From a virus: a stretch of 64,000 nt of DNA. Positions within the stretch are counted from its first letter, which is position 1, and every line of letters starts with the position of its first letter. Below are positions 1 through 9,459 of the stretch, piece after piece. The position numbers and the translations under genes were made by a program. The notes under the pieces are model-generated. The model was not told the DNA's origin and searched no databases. It saw only the letters and a list, made by a program, of their open reading frames with translations. The DNA is taken from positions 4,325 through 68,324 of the IMG/VR virus record IMGVR_UViG_3300020420_000013; one strand, given 5' to 3'.

Positions 1-2936
1 GTGCCGTTTGCTCTTAATTCTAAATCTGTATTTGAATCAGTAGTTGTAATATAATTGTCATCAATAGCAATACTGTCAACGTTTAATCTTCCTGTGTATA
101 AATTTGACCATTGCTTTGTTGATGAACCTAAATTATAAATTCCGTCTGTGCTTGGTACTAGATCACTTTCAATACCTGCTGTTATTTGTATTGTATCAGA
201 TGCCGCATCACCTATTGTAATATTTCCGCCAATGGTTAAGTCACCTGACACATCTAAGTTTCCTGTGATAGATACATTGTCATTAAAATTAATTTTACCT
301 GATGCGTCAATATTTAAATCACCTGATAGTGATTCAACAATGTTTGAACTTAATTTTACATTTCCAGTTTGGACTTTTGATCCATCAATAGTAGTTGTAC
401 TAGAACCATCTGTAAAAGTTACGCCAGTTGTGGTATCAATATTAAAGTTTGCATTTGTAAAGTTTACTGTACCTGTCTGTTGATCCACATGGAATAAATC
501 ACCAACTCTAAAATCACCTTTATGGTCAACAGAATTAAAATAAACTCTTGCACCGTTAAGTTCAGTTGTTTCTTGTGCTTGAATAACCTGTGTTGGATCA
601 TTGTCGACTTCTTTGCCTAAACCAATGTATGCAAAGTTTGTACCAATTAGGTACATTGTTACACCGTTACCACTACCATATGCTCCGTAGTTTCCGTAGA
701 TACAAGCACTTGCTATGGATCTAATCTCTCCACCAAAGTCTGTATAGTCAACCAAGTCCATAAATTTAGCAGTTGCACCATTACCACATCTAATATCCTG
801 TTCGTATATACCGTCATCAGTAAATGTTGTTGATGCATCTGTTTGGTCATTGAATCTTAAAACTAATCTTACATATTCATCGTTAGCAATTTCACCAGTT
901 GGTGGTGTAAAGTTTCCTGTGTATCTGTTTATTCGAGATACTCTAATGTCGTCCATGTGTCCTATAAAGTCTTCAGTACCATCATGACTTGCTCCTATGT
1001 ACATAGGTTTTGTAGTTCCATAATTATTTGTATCTGTATAGTCACTTGCTAACTTACTTCCATCTAAAAATAATCTTGTTACGCCACTTAATCTTGATAC
1101 TGCAACATGATGCCATGTATTCACTACCACAGTACCGCCCGTAATTTGTGTTGTTCCGCCTACATTATAATTTAATGCACCCGATCCGTTAATTTCTAAA
1201 GTAGGTGCTGTATCACTGTCAGAACCTCCTCTGAAATCAAATATTGTTCTGTTACCTGAAATGTTTGTACAGTAAATCCAACCTTCAAATGCAAAGTCAC
1301 CTGTGCCGAATCCAAAGTCATCATTAGATGCTATTGAAAGATAATCATCTGTGCCGTCGAATAATACTGATCCTTGTCCAAACTTTTTAATTGCTGTATC
1401 TATTTGCACATTACCGTTAGCAGTTACAGTTTTTCCAACCCTTGCACCTGCTTCAATTAAGTTTGCAATGTTACCTGTCAAGTAAACATACGCACCATCA
1501 ACACTTGCAATACTTCCGTTGGCTCTTAAATTACCGCCTTCGTAATAAGAAAAACTTTGTCCTGCTGTAAAAGTTCCTGATACATCTCTAAGTTTTACCT
1601 TTGTTTTACCAGCACCATATAAACCTGTTGTTCCATTCTCTGCTAATATACCTTTGTCTGCAAAATATGTAAATGAATTTAACCATTCTATTCTAGTACC
1701 ATTCTTAATATGTAAAGCAGTTTGGTTAGGAGTAATAAATGTTACTGCATGAAATAAACAACCTGCTTCTCTACTTGAAGAATTTACTACTGATCCATCT
1801 AAAAATGCACCACGACCTGCATCATTTTGATCAAATCCTCTAGGATCACTTGCAGAAGTAACTGAACCTTTAGTTAATATTGTTAAGTTTCTAAGATAAG
1901 GTGATCTAGAAGTAACAAGCATATTATTTGCAAACTTAAATGCGTAACCTGTGTCATTTGAAGAGTCATAATAAAAATCTGCTATTGTTAAATCTTCTAT
2001 TGTTGACTCACCGTTTAAGTATATTGCATCATTTGTATTTGTTCCTGCTGTTGGAGTAATTTTTACTGATCTTAATCCTGTTCCTTTTACTGCAACGCCG
2101 GCTGGTATTGTTAAAGGAAATACTTCTTGATAAGTTCCTGGGTAAACGTAAACTGTATCACCAGCAGTTGCTACTGATAATGCTTTCGCAACTGTCAAAT
2201 ATGGATCTTGTGGGTGTGTTCCTGTTTTCGTATCATCACCATTTGCACCAACATAGTATAAATTACCAGGTGTGCTTACAAGATTAATACCTGAAAGTGT
2301 AATACTGTTTGAATTTAAAGTAGTTGTTGTAAGATTATTAATGTAACCATGCTTCCAACGTTTAGATGTTGTACCTATATCGTATGTGTTTGTTACATCT
2401 GGTATTAAATCACCGGCTATATCCGCATTAATTGTAAGTGTATCAGTATCTGCATCACCAATTACAATGTTTCCATCAGCACTTATATTTCCTGTTGCGT
2501 GTAAATTACCTGTAATATTTGTATCACCAAAGAAATTAACAGTACCAGTACCTTGTGGTCTAAATTCTAAGTTTCCATTAGTGTTTGTTGCTTGGATTAT
2601 ATTACCGTCTAATGTAATATTATCTACTACAATCTTATTTTGATATACAACTGAGTTAGGTGTACCAATGTTCAAACTAGCCGCTGATGTGCTAATTGTA
2701 TTTGTTGATCCATTGATTGTGATATTTCCTATTGGTAGATTAGGAGTTAAAATATCTAAATCTGTAATTCTTGCTGAACCGTTGACGTCTAATGGGTGTT
2801 GAGGAGTGGTAGTCTTAATACCTACTCGGCTATTACTTACATCTAGATATAATAGGTCTGTCTCAAAAGCCAGATCTACGCCATTACGCAATAGATTGGA
2901 CTTTAAGAGTGGACCCGAAATACGACCAACTGCCAC
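1..2936 (-). CDS. Partial large virion fibre/spike protein (beta-helix-like region with inserted LamG/concanavalin-A-like domain); paralog of 3097..5940; runs off the window
   Basis: Not in the ORF track because it has no stop in the window. GTG at 2936 with AGGAG (2943-2947) upstream. N-terminus MAVGRISGPLLKSNLLRNG matches MSLGRISGPLLQSNLQ of the neighbour. LamG-type motifs read manually: FDGTDDYLSI, FGFGTGDFAFEGWIY, WHHVAVSR, FIGHMDDIRVSR. Confidence 0.8.
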   Translation of the reverse strand, partial: MAVGRISGPLLKSNLLRNGVDLAFETDLLYLDVSNSRVGIKTTTPQHPLDVNGSARITDLDILTPNLPIGNITINGSTNTISTSAASLNIGTPNSVVYQNKIVVDNITLDGNIIQATNTNGNLEFRPQGTGTVNFFGDTNITGNLHATGNISADGNIVIGDADTDTLTINADIAGDLIPDVTNTYDIGTTSKRWKHGYINNLTTTTLNSNSITLSGINLVSTPGNLYYVGANGDDTKTGTHPQDPYLTVAKALSVATAGDTVYVYPGTYQEVFPLTIPAGVAVKGTGLRSVKITPTAGTNTNDAIYLNGESTIEDLTIADFYYDSSNDTGYAFKFANNMLVTSRSPYLRNLTILTKGSVTSASDPRGFDQNDAGRGAFLDGSVVNSSSREAGCLFHAVTFITPNQTALHIKNGTRIEWLNSFTYFADKGILAENGTTGLYGAGKTKVKLRDVSGTFTAGQSFSYYEGGNLRANGSIASVDGAYVYLTGNIANLIEAGARVGKTVTANGNVQIDTAIKKFGQGSVLFDGTDDYLSIASNDDFGFGTGDFAFEGWIYCTNISGNRTIFDFRGGSDSDTAPTLEINGSGALNYNVGGTTQITGGTVVVNTWHHVAVSRLSGVTRLFLDGSKLASDYTDTNNYGTTKPMYIGASHDGTEDFIGHMDDIRVSRINRYTGNFTPPTGEIANDEYVRLVLRFNDQTDASTTFTDDGIYEQDIRCGNGATAKFMDLVDYTDFGGEIRSIASACIYGNYGAYGSGNGVTMYLIGTNFAYIGLGKEVDNDPTQVIQAQETTELNGARVYFNSVDHKGDFRVGDLFHVDQQTGTVNFTNANFNIDTTTGVTFTDGSSTTTIDGSKVQTGNVKLSSNIVESLSGDLNIDASGKINFNDNVSITGNLDVSGDLTIGGNITIGDAASDTIQITAGIESDLVPSTDGIYNLGSSTKQWSNLYTGRLNVDSIAIDDNYITTTDSNTDLELRANG

Positions 2937-2947
2937 CTTATTCTCCT

Positions 2948-3047
2948 AACACGGGGATCATTAATGTCCCACTAACCTATCTTGACCTACCCAATCGCTG
3001 GTTAACCGCGGTTTGTCCTGCAACGGCTTGGTCGGCCATTGTTGCAT
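2948..3047 (-). promoter_or_regulatory. GC-rich structured 5' leader of the fibre gene (candidate cis-regulatory RNA)
   Basis: Lies between a late promoter (3054-3059) and the RBS. Minus-strand stems UGCAAC/GUUGCA, UAACC/GGUUA, GGGA/UCCC. Much more GC-rich than its flanks. Confidence 0.5.
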
Positions 3048-3053
3048 TACTAT

Positions 3054-3059
3054 TATTTA
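3054..3059 (-). promoter_or_regulatory. T4-type late promoter core (cATAAATA)
   Basis: Intergenic TAAATA oriented toward the downstream structural gene; a gp55 gene is in the window. Confidence 0.65.
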
Positions 3060-3096
3060 TGTGATTTTGGTAAAGTAGTTAAGTAAGCAGTTCTTT

Positions 3097-5940
3097 TTAG
3101 CCTAGTAAAGTTGCCCACAAAAAGTTGATATCTTCTGCATATTCCTGTGTCACAGAAGCACCACCTCCAGCCGCTAAAACCCATTGTGTCCCGTTCCAAG
3201 TTTCTAAATATCCTTGGTCTTGATTCCAACGTGTAGTACCTTGCTCCGGTGTTCCAGGTCTGTTTGAGTTATTACCTGCTGGTACAACTAGTCCATATAC
3301 ATTGTCAAACTTCAAATAACTGTAAGCATCTGCAAGTCCAAATGTAAACGGAGTGTTTAGTTTGTTGGTTACAGTTTGTCCTTTGAATTCAACATCTTCA
3401 AATGGAATTCCGCCTGTACCATTAGCAAATAAGTTAATATCTGCATCTGCTGTTGCTGATGTTATAGTATTTCCATCTAAACTAAACTTATTATCACTTG
3501 TAAACTTGTTTGTTTGTAATATATGTTGATTTAATAGTGTATTTTGTTGGTTTGCAGTAACAAATCTAAACTGATTATCATTTAAATTAATATATGTGTC
3601 TCTATCTCCATCACGCATAGTTGGAAAATACACTGTACCGCCGTTGTTACCTTCAAATTCTCCTATATCTAAATTATATCTTAAATCTGCAACTTGGTTT
3701 TTACGTTGTACTGTACTACCTGTAGGCAATTCTATAGATCCATTAGCACTTATTGTAAATGATGTGTTTGCATTAAGTCTTAAATCAGTTGCATTTGTAC
3801 TTGCTAAAGTATCGCCACTTGCTGTAATGTTATCAAATATAACTTTTCCTGTTCCTTGCGGATTAAGTTCTAAGTTTGCATTTGTTGATGTTTGTTCTAT
3901 AACGTTATCATATATTCTAAAATCATCTACTAGTGTTTGTGATAGGTTACTGTTCAACCAACGTTTAGTTGGACTACCTAAATTGTAAACCATATGCTGA
4001 TTAGGTTTTATATCTTGTGCAAACGGAGTATTAAAGTCTATTGTATCACTTGGATCATTACCAAAGTTAATCAAAGATCCTGCTAAAGTTACATTACCAC
4101 CGGTAGTAATACTCGGTGCTGTTACATTTGTTTTTAAATTATGCTGTCCTGTTATAGAATTAAAAGTAATATCTCCATCAATACTAGAAACTGTATTAGG
4201 ACTTTTTACTCTTATGTTACCAGTTTGGACTTTTGACCCATCTAAGAAAGTTTCTGCTGTACCTGTGGTAATTTTTAAACTAGTAAGTCCACCTGCAATA
4301 GAACTTGTATCAATACTTGTTGTTCCTTTTTCAAAATCAATAAAAAAGTCGTCGCCTACTCTAAAGTTTCCGCTTTGATCGACAGTTTGATAGTAAACAT
4401 TTCCACTGTTTAATTCTATAATTTCATTTGCTTGATTAATTAATGTTTTATCATTAGTTGGTTCTTTACCTGCACCAACATAAGCCATATTATGTTGTAT
4501 CAAATACATTAAACAATTGGCACCATCTGCCTTTGCTCCTATGTTTCCATATACACAGGCACTTCCAATGGATCTAACCTCTGCTCCTTTAATTAATACA
4601 CTATCACTTCTCCATCTTCCTGGACCATTTAAAGCATACATTCCTGTATTTGCAAAATATGTAAAACAATTTAACCACTCAACTCTTACACCGTTTGTCA
4701 TTGTCAGTGCATCAACACCAGGAGTAATAAATGTTGCCGCGTGGAATAACATACTTGCTTCATTTGTATCATGATCACAAACTTCTCCGTCAACATATAC
4801 GCCTTTTCCTGCGTCTCCTTGTGCAAAACCTCTTGGATCACTTGCAGAAGTAACTGAACCTTTTGTTATTACAGTTACGTTCATTATGTAAGGCGACCTT
4901 GACGTAACCTTTGCACCACTTCTAAAGCGGAATGCGTATCCTGTGTTGTCTGTACTGTTATAATAAAAGTCTTTGATAGTTAAATCTGTTACGGTAGTTT
5001 CACCATCTAGTAAAAAACAATCTTTATCGTTTGTTGCTGTTGTAGGTTTGATTATACAGTTTCTTAAATCTCTACCTTTAATGGTTACGTTTGCTGGAAT
5101 CTGTAAAGGAAATTGTTCTTCATATTCTCCAGGCTCAATATTAATAACTTGTCCTGCTGTTGCAATCGTTAATGCTTTTTTTAAAGTCCTAACTGCACCT
5201 TGTACTGTGTCTCCAACGTTTGTATCTAATCCATTTGTTGCAACATAAATGTTTCCTACACGTTTTGTTAAATCAATACCTTGGTAAATTAAGTTTTCTG
5301 TAAAAACACTGTTGGTTGTTATTTCTTCTGCATACAAACTCATACGTTTTCCTGTTACACCTAGGTCATATGTGTTTGTTACGTCCGGAACTAAATTACC
5401 AACTATGTCAGCATTGATTGTAAAGTTATCTTCATCACCTGTACCAGCAATAATAACACTACCATCGAATGTAATGTTGCCAGTTGCTTTTGTATTACCT
5501 GTTACAGTTACAGTCTTTCCTGCTGTTACAATTTCATTAGTTCCTATTCCATCTGGTCTAATATCAATATCACTATTTGTATTGTAAGTTGAAATTACAT
5601 TGCCGTCTATTTTAATTTGATTAGTTGCTAATCCACCAACGACAATATCTGTTCCTGATTGTAAGTTTATAGAACCTGTTAAACTGTCTATACCTGTTGT
5701 GCTTAATGTTAAATTACCTAAAACTACAGAATTGTTTATGAATAAATCTGGTTGTCCTGCTGTTGCATTTCTAAACTTTGCTGTACCATCAATGGTAAAG
5801 TCTCTAGGTCTAGTAACAGTCTTGATACCAATCTTACCGTCAGAATGACCAATATACAATAGATTAGTTTCTATTGCTAGATCAGTTTGTCTTTGTAAGT
5901 TGCTTTGTAAAAGCGGACCGGATATTCTTCCCAGACTCAT
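3097..5940 (-). CDS. Virion structural fibre/spike protein with parallel beta-helix-like region (947 aa)
   Basis: IYVATNGLDTNVG...RTLKKAL...I.IEPGEYEEQFPL motif typical of beta-helix N-caps. G/T/N-rich repeats. C-terminal PAGNNSNRP...GTTRWN...WNGTQW fibre motif. SD AAGGAG. Confidence 0.7.
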   Translation of the reverse strand: MSLGRISGPLLQSNLQRQTDLAIETNLLYIGHSDGKIGIKTVTRPRDFTIDGTAKFRNATAGQPDLFINNSVVLGNLTLSTTGIDSLTGSINLQSGTDIVVGGLATNQIKIDGNVISTYNTNSDIDIRPDGIGTNEIVTAGKTVTVTGNTKATGNITFDGSVIIAGTGDEDNFTINADIVGNLVPDVTNTYDLGVTGKRMSLYAEEITTNSVFTENLIYQGIDLTKRVGNIYVATNGLDTNVGDTVQGAVRTLKKALTIATAGQVINIEPGEYEEQFPLQIPANVTIKGRDLRNCIIKPTTATNDKDCFLLDGETTVTDLTIKDFYYNSTDNTGYAFRFRSGAKVTSRSPYIMNVTVITKGSVTSASDPRGFAQGDAGKGVYVDGEVCDHDTNEASMLFHAATFITPGVDALTMTNGVRVEWLNCFTYFANTGMYALNGPGRWRSDSVLIKGAEVRSIGSACVYGNIGAKADGANCLMYLIQHNMAYVGAGKEPTNDKTLINQANEIIELNSGNVYYQTVDQSGNFRVGDDFFIDFEKGTTSIDTSSIAGGLTSLKITTGTAETFLDGSKVQTGNIRVKSPNTVSSIDGDITFNSITGQHNLKTNVTAPSITTGGNVTLAGSLINFGNDPSDTIDFNTPFAQDIKPNQHMVYNLGSPTKRWLNSNLSQTLVDDFRIYDNVIEQTSTNANLELNPQGTGKVIFDNITASGDTLASTNATDLRLNANTSFTISANGSIELPTGSTVQRKNQVADLRYNLDIGEFEGNNGGTVYFPTMRDGDRDTYINLNDNQFRFVTANQQNTLLNQHILQTNKFTSDNKFSLDGNTITSATADADINLFANGTGGIPFEDVEFKGQTVTNKLNTPFTFGLADAYSYLKFDNVYGLVVPAGNNSNRPGTPEQGTTRWNQDQGYLETWNGTQWVLAAGGGASVTQEYAEDINFLWATLLG

Positions 5941-5959
5941 AGTTAGTACTCCTTAACTA

Positions 5960-5965
5960 TATTTA
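5960..5965 (-). promoter_or_regulatory. Late promoter core (gATAAATA)
   Basis: TAAATA about 20 nt upstream of the 5940 start, followed by an SD. Confidence 0.65.
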
Positions 5966-5973
5966 TCGGAAAC

Positions 5974-6186
5974 TTATTGCCAAGGACGACCAGTTTTTAA
6001 TGTACCTGTTGTGATTTGTTTTAATTTACCAGAGTCGTTATTGCTAGGTGTGTATAGTGTAGGCACTAAACCTTTTTTAAGTGTAGATCTTTTACCTGTT
6101 GCCGCACGTTTTTCTGCCGCAAGTTTTAATTTTGCTTCTTGACGCTGTCTTTTATATGTTAAGTGTGATATACCGTTGTCGGACAT
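5974..6186 (-). CDS. Small basic hypothetical protein (70 aa)
   Basis: ATG overlaps the upstream stop (TAATG). K/R-rich, ends GRPWQ. Confidence 0.7.
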   Translation of the reverse strand: MSDNGISHLTYKRQRQEAKLKLAAEKRAATGKRSTLKKGLVPTLYTPSNNDSGKLKQITTGTLKTGRPWQ

Positions 6187-6689
6187 TATTTGTCAAAGTT
6201 GTGTAGGACCGTTACAGGCTTTCCTAATGGTACTGCTGTTGTAAAACTAATATAATAACCTGCGGCTTTACCTGCCGGGTTTTGTACAAGTGTATAGTTT
6301 GTTGTTGATAATTGAAAAACGTTTTCAACTAAAACAATTACGTTCTGTGCCGCACTAGGAACAGGAAAAGCACTATCGCCACTTGCTAACGGACCAAATA
6401 CTGTTTCAGTACCGTCGCCATTACCTAAACTTTGTTGTGTTATTGAAGTAGGTTCTTGTAATCTAATTGGTTTCCAAACACCTGATTGGTAAAACTCAAC
6501 ATAGTTTTCTTGTGTGTTGTATCTTATCTGTCCAATTTGAGCAGTGTTAGGTCTTTGTGCGTTATTTCCTCTTGGTATATTTAATGAGTTTGTAGACTCC
6601 ATACGTACACCTTCATCGGCATCGAAATAAATTCCTTTGCCGTGTTGGATACCACGTATATTAGTAGTTTGAGCCTTCAAAAATTTCAT
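6186..6689 (-). CDS. Virion structural protein (fibre-associated)
   Basis: IPRGNNAQRP...GQIRYNT...W motif shared with the fibre genes; GNGDGTETVF motif; operonic. Confidence 0.65.
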   Translation of the reverse strand: MKFLKAQTTNIRGIQHGKGIYFDADEGVRMESTNSLNIPRGNNAQRPNTAQIGQIRYNTQENYVEFYQSGVWKPIRLQEPTSITQQSLGNGDGTETVFGPLASGDSAFPVPSAAQNVIVLVENVFQLSTTNYTLVQNPAGKAAGYYISFTTAVPLGKPVTVLHNFDK

Positions 6690-6690
6690 C

Positions 6691-7023
6691 TTATACCTCT
6701 AAAAAACTAACTGTCGCTGACAAGTTTAACGGTGCTTGTGATACAGCAACAATGGAATCACCTGGACTTAGGACCATTTTTTCTGTGTCAAATGTAAATG
6801 TTTCTGCGCCAGTAACATTTATTTCTTTACAAACTTGGTTTACTGCACCAATACTTTGTCCTGAAGGTACAAAGTGTAAATCAAATTTACTGTCATTACT
6901 TCCAGTTGGATCTTCTGCCGCAGTATTACATACCATTAAAGTCAAAATAGCATACTGTTTTCCAGCAGGGACAACTACTACGTTTGTGTTAGTTGCTCCA
7001 ATTAATGAATTCGCTAGTGCCAT
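6691..7023 (-). CDS. Small beta-rich structural protein (110 aa)
   Basis: SD GGAGG, operonic with neighbours, beta-strand pattern. Confidence 0.65.
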   Translation of the reverse strand: MALANSLIGATNTNVVVVPAGKQYAILTLMVCNTAAEDPTGSNDSKFDLHFVPSGQSIGAVNQVCKEINVTGAETFTFDTEKMVLSPGDSIVAVSQAPLNLSATVSFLEV

Positions 7024-7032
7024 TTGTCCTCC

Positions 7033-7998
7033 TTAAAATAACATTCCGTAAAGCAATGATCTATTCCTACTAATAAGTTCATCGCGTTCACTATTACTAT
7101 TTACATAATATATACCAGTATTACCATTACCTTCGGCTTTAGCATATATTTTTACCCCATCTGTTGGTGCCACTGGATCTATTGTATTATCGTCTAGTCC
7201 TGGTGTTGAGTTGATATGTATTGTATCATCTATTCTTACACTTCCAGTTCCTGGAGATTCTAAAACTAAATCACTATTACTTAGATATGAACTAATTGTA
7301 GAACCTTTGATCATTATGTCAAATAATTCTGTTCTTTCCTCAAAGAATGTTGCAGTACGTTGCCCGTTAATATCTACAAATGCTTGTGATATAGTACTGT
7401 CTTCACTTATATCAGTTACTTTAACCTGTGTATCACCGCTTGTAATTTGAGGACTTGAAAATCCTAAAAAGGCATTTTGAATTCTGTCAACTACAAATTT
7501 TCTGTTTGGAATGTCATCATCAAATTGTACTTGGTTTTCGTAGTTGGCTGTTCCAGATACATTAATAACACCTGTACCTTGATTAATTAAATTTAAATTT
7601 GATCCGCCTGTAGCAATGTGTGTAAGAAAAAATCCTACGTTATCATTATTTTGATCTTTAAATTTAAAAGCACCTTGCTTGATAGTTTGTGTTACAGGTT
7701 CATTGTATGTTATTGTTTCATCAAATACCAATACTGCATCTGGTAAAGTACCTCTGTCTATTCTTATACCAGAAGTTCCTAACCCTACACCTGCTCCAGT
7801 TTCGCCTTTGTTTAAAGTTATGACATTATCTTTTATGTCTATGTCTGTAGAACTTACAAAAGTTGTTGCACCTTGTACTGTAAGATCACCCGTAACAATA
7901 AATTGTCCTGATGCAACTCCAGTGTCCATAGTGATGGTACCACCTGGTTGAACAGTAACTTTATAATTTCCATTTGCTACGTTTACAAATTTTGACAT
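7033..7998 (-). CDS. Virion structural protein (fibre-like, 321 aa)
   Basis: GDLTVQGATT...DIKDNVITLN motif also seen in 56497..58560 (GDLTVLGNT...IVDKNIEL). Confidence 0.65.
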   Translation of the reverse strand: MSKFVNVANGNYKVTVQPGGTITMDTGVASGQFIVTGDLTVQGATTFVSSTDIDIKDNVITLNKGETGAGVGLGTSGIRIDRGTLPDAVLVFDETITYNEPVTQTIKQGAFKFKDQNNDNVGFFLTHIATGGSNLNLINQGTGVINVSGTANYENQVQFDDDIPNRKFVVDRIQNAFLGFSSPQITSGDTQVKVTDISEDSTISQAFVDINGQRTATFFEERTELFDIMIKGSTISSYLSNSDLVLESPGTGSVRIDDTIHINSTPGLDDNTIDPVAPTDGVKIYAKAEGNGNTGIYYVNSNSERDELISRNRSLLYGMLF

Positions 7999-8021
7999 TC
8001 TATAAATTCCTAATTATACAA

Positions 8022-8043
8022 TGTAGGGGATTGCTCCCCTACA
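8022..8043 (-). terminator. 9-bp hairpin with GCAA tetraloop (weak terminator or processing/stability hairpin)
   Basis: UGUAGGGGA-GCAA-UCCCCUACA just after the 8056 stop; poor U-tract. Confidence 0.55.
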
Positions 8044-8055
8044 CTATAAACTTTA

Positions 8056-8673
8056 TTATGACGCCTGTGCGTCTACAACAATACTTCCACTAGTTGCCGC
8101 CGCCTTAGTTGCAACACCACCTGATGTATAAGCAGTGTAACCTGAACCGTCAACACCTGATAACTCAAATGTATTAGTTGCTACGTTGGCTAATGTAAAT
8201 GCAGTTTCTACATTTAATTCAACCATACCAACAACACCTCTGATAGAGATCTTGTCGCCGTTACTAAAACCATGACCGGCTGATGTAATTACAACTGGAT
8301 TTGCCGCTGTCGCTCCTGTGATTGTTTTTTCAATCGCAGTTGAGGCACCTGCTGAATTACGTGACCATTTGTGTCTAGTCGCGCCTTCAAGTTGCATTTT
8401 TCTGTTGTACATTTTTGTAATTTGTTTTGTAACACCGTCACTGTCTGTAACGTTAATACAAAATTCACTAGCGCCTAAGCCGCCAATTGATTTGTTTACA
8501 AGTGTAACAACTTCTGTTTTACTTCCATCAGTAACTGTAAATTTGTTTGCTGATCTTTGATTTATAATATGTGACTCAGTAGTAATTTCTCCACCTGCCG
8601 CGAACTTAACCGCAGTTACTTGGATTTTACCTGCTCCATCACCTATATGTTTTTTATTAATTGGTCTTCCCAT
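8056..8673 (-). CDS. Virion structural protein with E1-FCCH-like beta domain (possible head decoration)
   Basis: ITGATAANPVVITSAGHGFSNGDKI.I.GV.GM.ELN...FEL.GVDGSGYTAYTSGG pattern; strong SD AGGAG. Confidence 0.65.
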   Translation of the reverse strand: MGRPINKKHIGDGAGKIQVTAVKFAAGGEITTESHIINQRSANKFTVTDGSKTEVVTLVNKSIGGLGASEFCINVTDSDGVTKQITKMYNRKMQLEGATRHKWSRNSAGASTAIEKTITGATAANPVVITSAGHGFSNGDKISIRGVVGMVELNVETAFTLANVATNTFELSGVDGSGYTAYTSGGVATKAAATSGSIVVDAQAS

Positions 8674-8690
8674 TTTGTTTCTCCTTTTTT

Positions 8691-8763
8691 AGAGTCCGAT
8701 GCAGGTTCTATCTGCTACGGGGTTTTGTCCCCATAAGTCCACCAAAATTATGTGGCACACTCT
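8691..8763 (-). promoter_or_regulatory. Four-way-junction structured 5' leader (candidate cis-regulatory RNA)
   Basis: Closing stem AGAGU/ACUCU encloses CCAC/GUGG, UAUGGGG/CCCCGUA and GCAG/CUGC hairpins. Sits between a late promoter and the SD. Confidence 0.6.
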
Positions 8764-8774
8764 CATGACAAAAG

Positions 8775-8780
8775 TATTTA
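8775..8780 (-). promoter_or_regulatory. Late promoter core (gATAAATA)
   Basis: Overlaps the stop codon of the upstream gene. Confidence 0.6.
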
Positions 8781-9200
8781 TCCAATATGTAATAATGGAT
8801 TAGGCTTGCGGACACTTACATTAATGAACTTACGAATGAAGTTAAAATTACCACTTAATGCTTCAAAGAGGTCGCTGTGTAGGTGTTTACTGCACTGGGT
8901 ATAACTTGTACTACCTATCTCTACAAAGTAACGTACAGACACCTTATTTTCGCAATATTCAGGGAATACACCTGTAAGGAATAGAGCACTATCTCCTAGT
9001 TCTTTTCCTTTCAAACGATTATTTTGGATTCCGAATAGTTCTTGAGCAAATGTTGTTTTGGGTAAAAAGTTTGGTTGATCTATTTTATCAGCAAGGAGCA
9101 TTACTACATAGGACTCAATCTCTAAAGGTAATTGATAACCTGTAGTCTCGGATGCCTCCTTGACAATGTCGTGAAAGGCCGATGTGTATTCGTCTTTCAT
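8778..9200 (-). CDS. Hypothetical protein (140 aa), resembles an uncharacterised bacterial helical family
   Basis: Clean ORF with motif ELGDSALFLTGVFPE...YFVEIGSTSY. TAAATA 5 nt upstream of the ATG and no SD. Confidence 0.7.
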   Translation of the reverse strand: MKDEYTSAFHDIVKEASETTGYQLPLEIESYVVMLLADKIDQPNFLPKTTFAQELFGIQNNRLKGKELGDSALFLTGVFPEYCENKVSVRYFVEIGSTSYTQCSKHLHSDLFEALSGNFNFIRKFINVSVRKPNPLLHIG

Positions 9201-9224
9201 ACATATATTTATCTGGGGAAAATA

Positions 9225-9453
9225 ACTTAAACACTACTTGGGAGGCCTTGCTGTGAACTCACCTCCAACTTTCGATAAGCAGATCACATCTGAATTTTGC
9301 AAGGTTTAGATATGATACCTACTTCCAACTACCTCCGCCTAAACCTAGCCACTTGGCCGCGTAAAAGACTTTAGTATGCATTAGGCCCCTGCCGAAGCCT
9401 TATTCTGCCACAAGTGCTAAGAGTTAATAACTCTCTTAGTTTGTGTTAAAGTT
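9225..9453 (-). ncRNA. Candidate ~230-nt structured phage ncRNA
   Basis: 5' AACUU.AACAC pairs with 3' GUGUU.AAGUU. Five internal stems. Own sigma70 promoter; upstream gp23 terminator; no ORF in the track. Confidence 0.65.
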
Positions 9454-9459
9454 AATATT

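Noticed and set aside
2990-3025. c-di-GMP-I riboswitch (GGACAAACC resemblance)
   Set aside because: Lacks the GNRA-capped P2 and the GCAAAG/P3 receptor elements.
8691-8763. tRNA gene
   Set aside because: Cloverleaf-like, but no GUUCRA T-loop, no D-loop GG, no 7-bp acceptor stem or CCA.
9361-9410. RNase P RNA-like strings (CAGAAUAAGGCUU and AAAGUC)
   Set aside because: The order is reversed relative to RNase P, GAGGAAAGUCC is absent, and the strings simply form a local stem.
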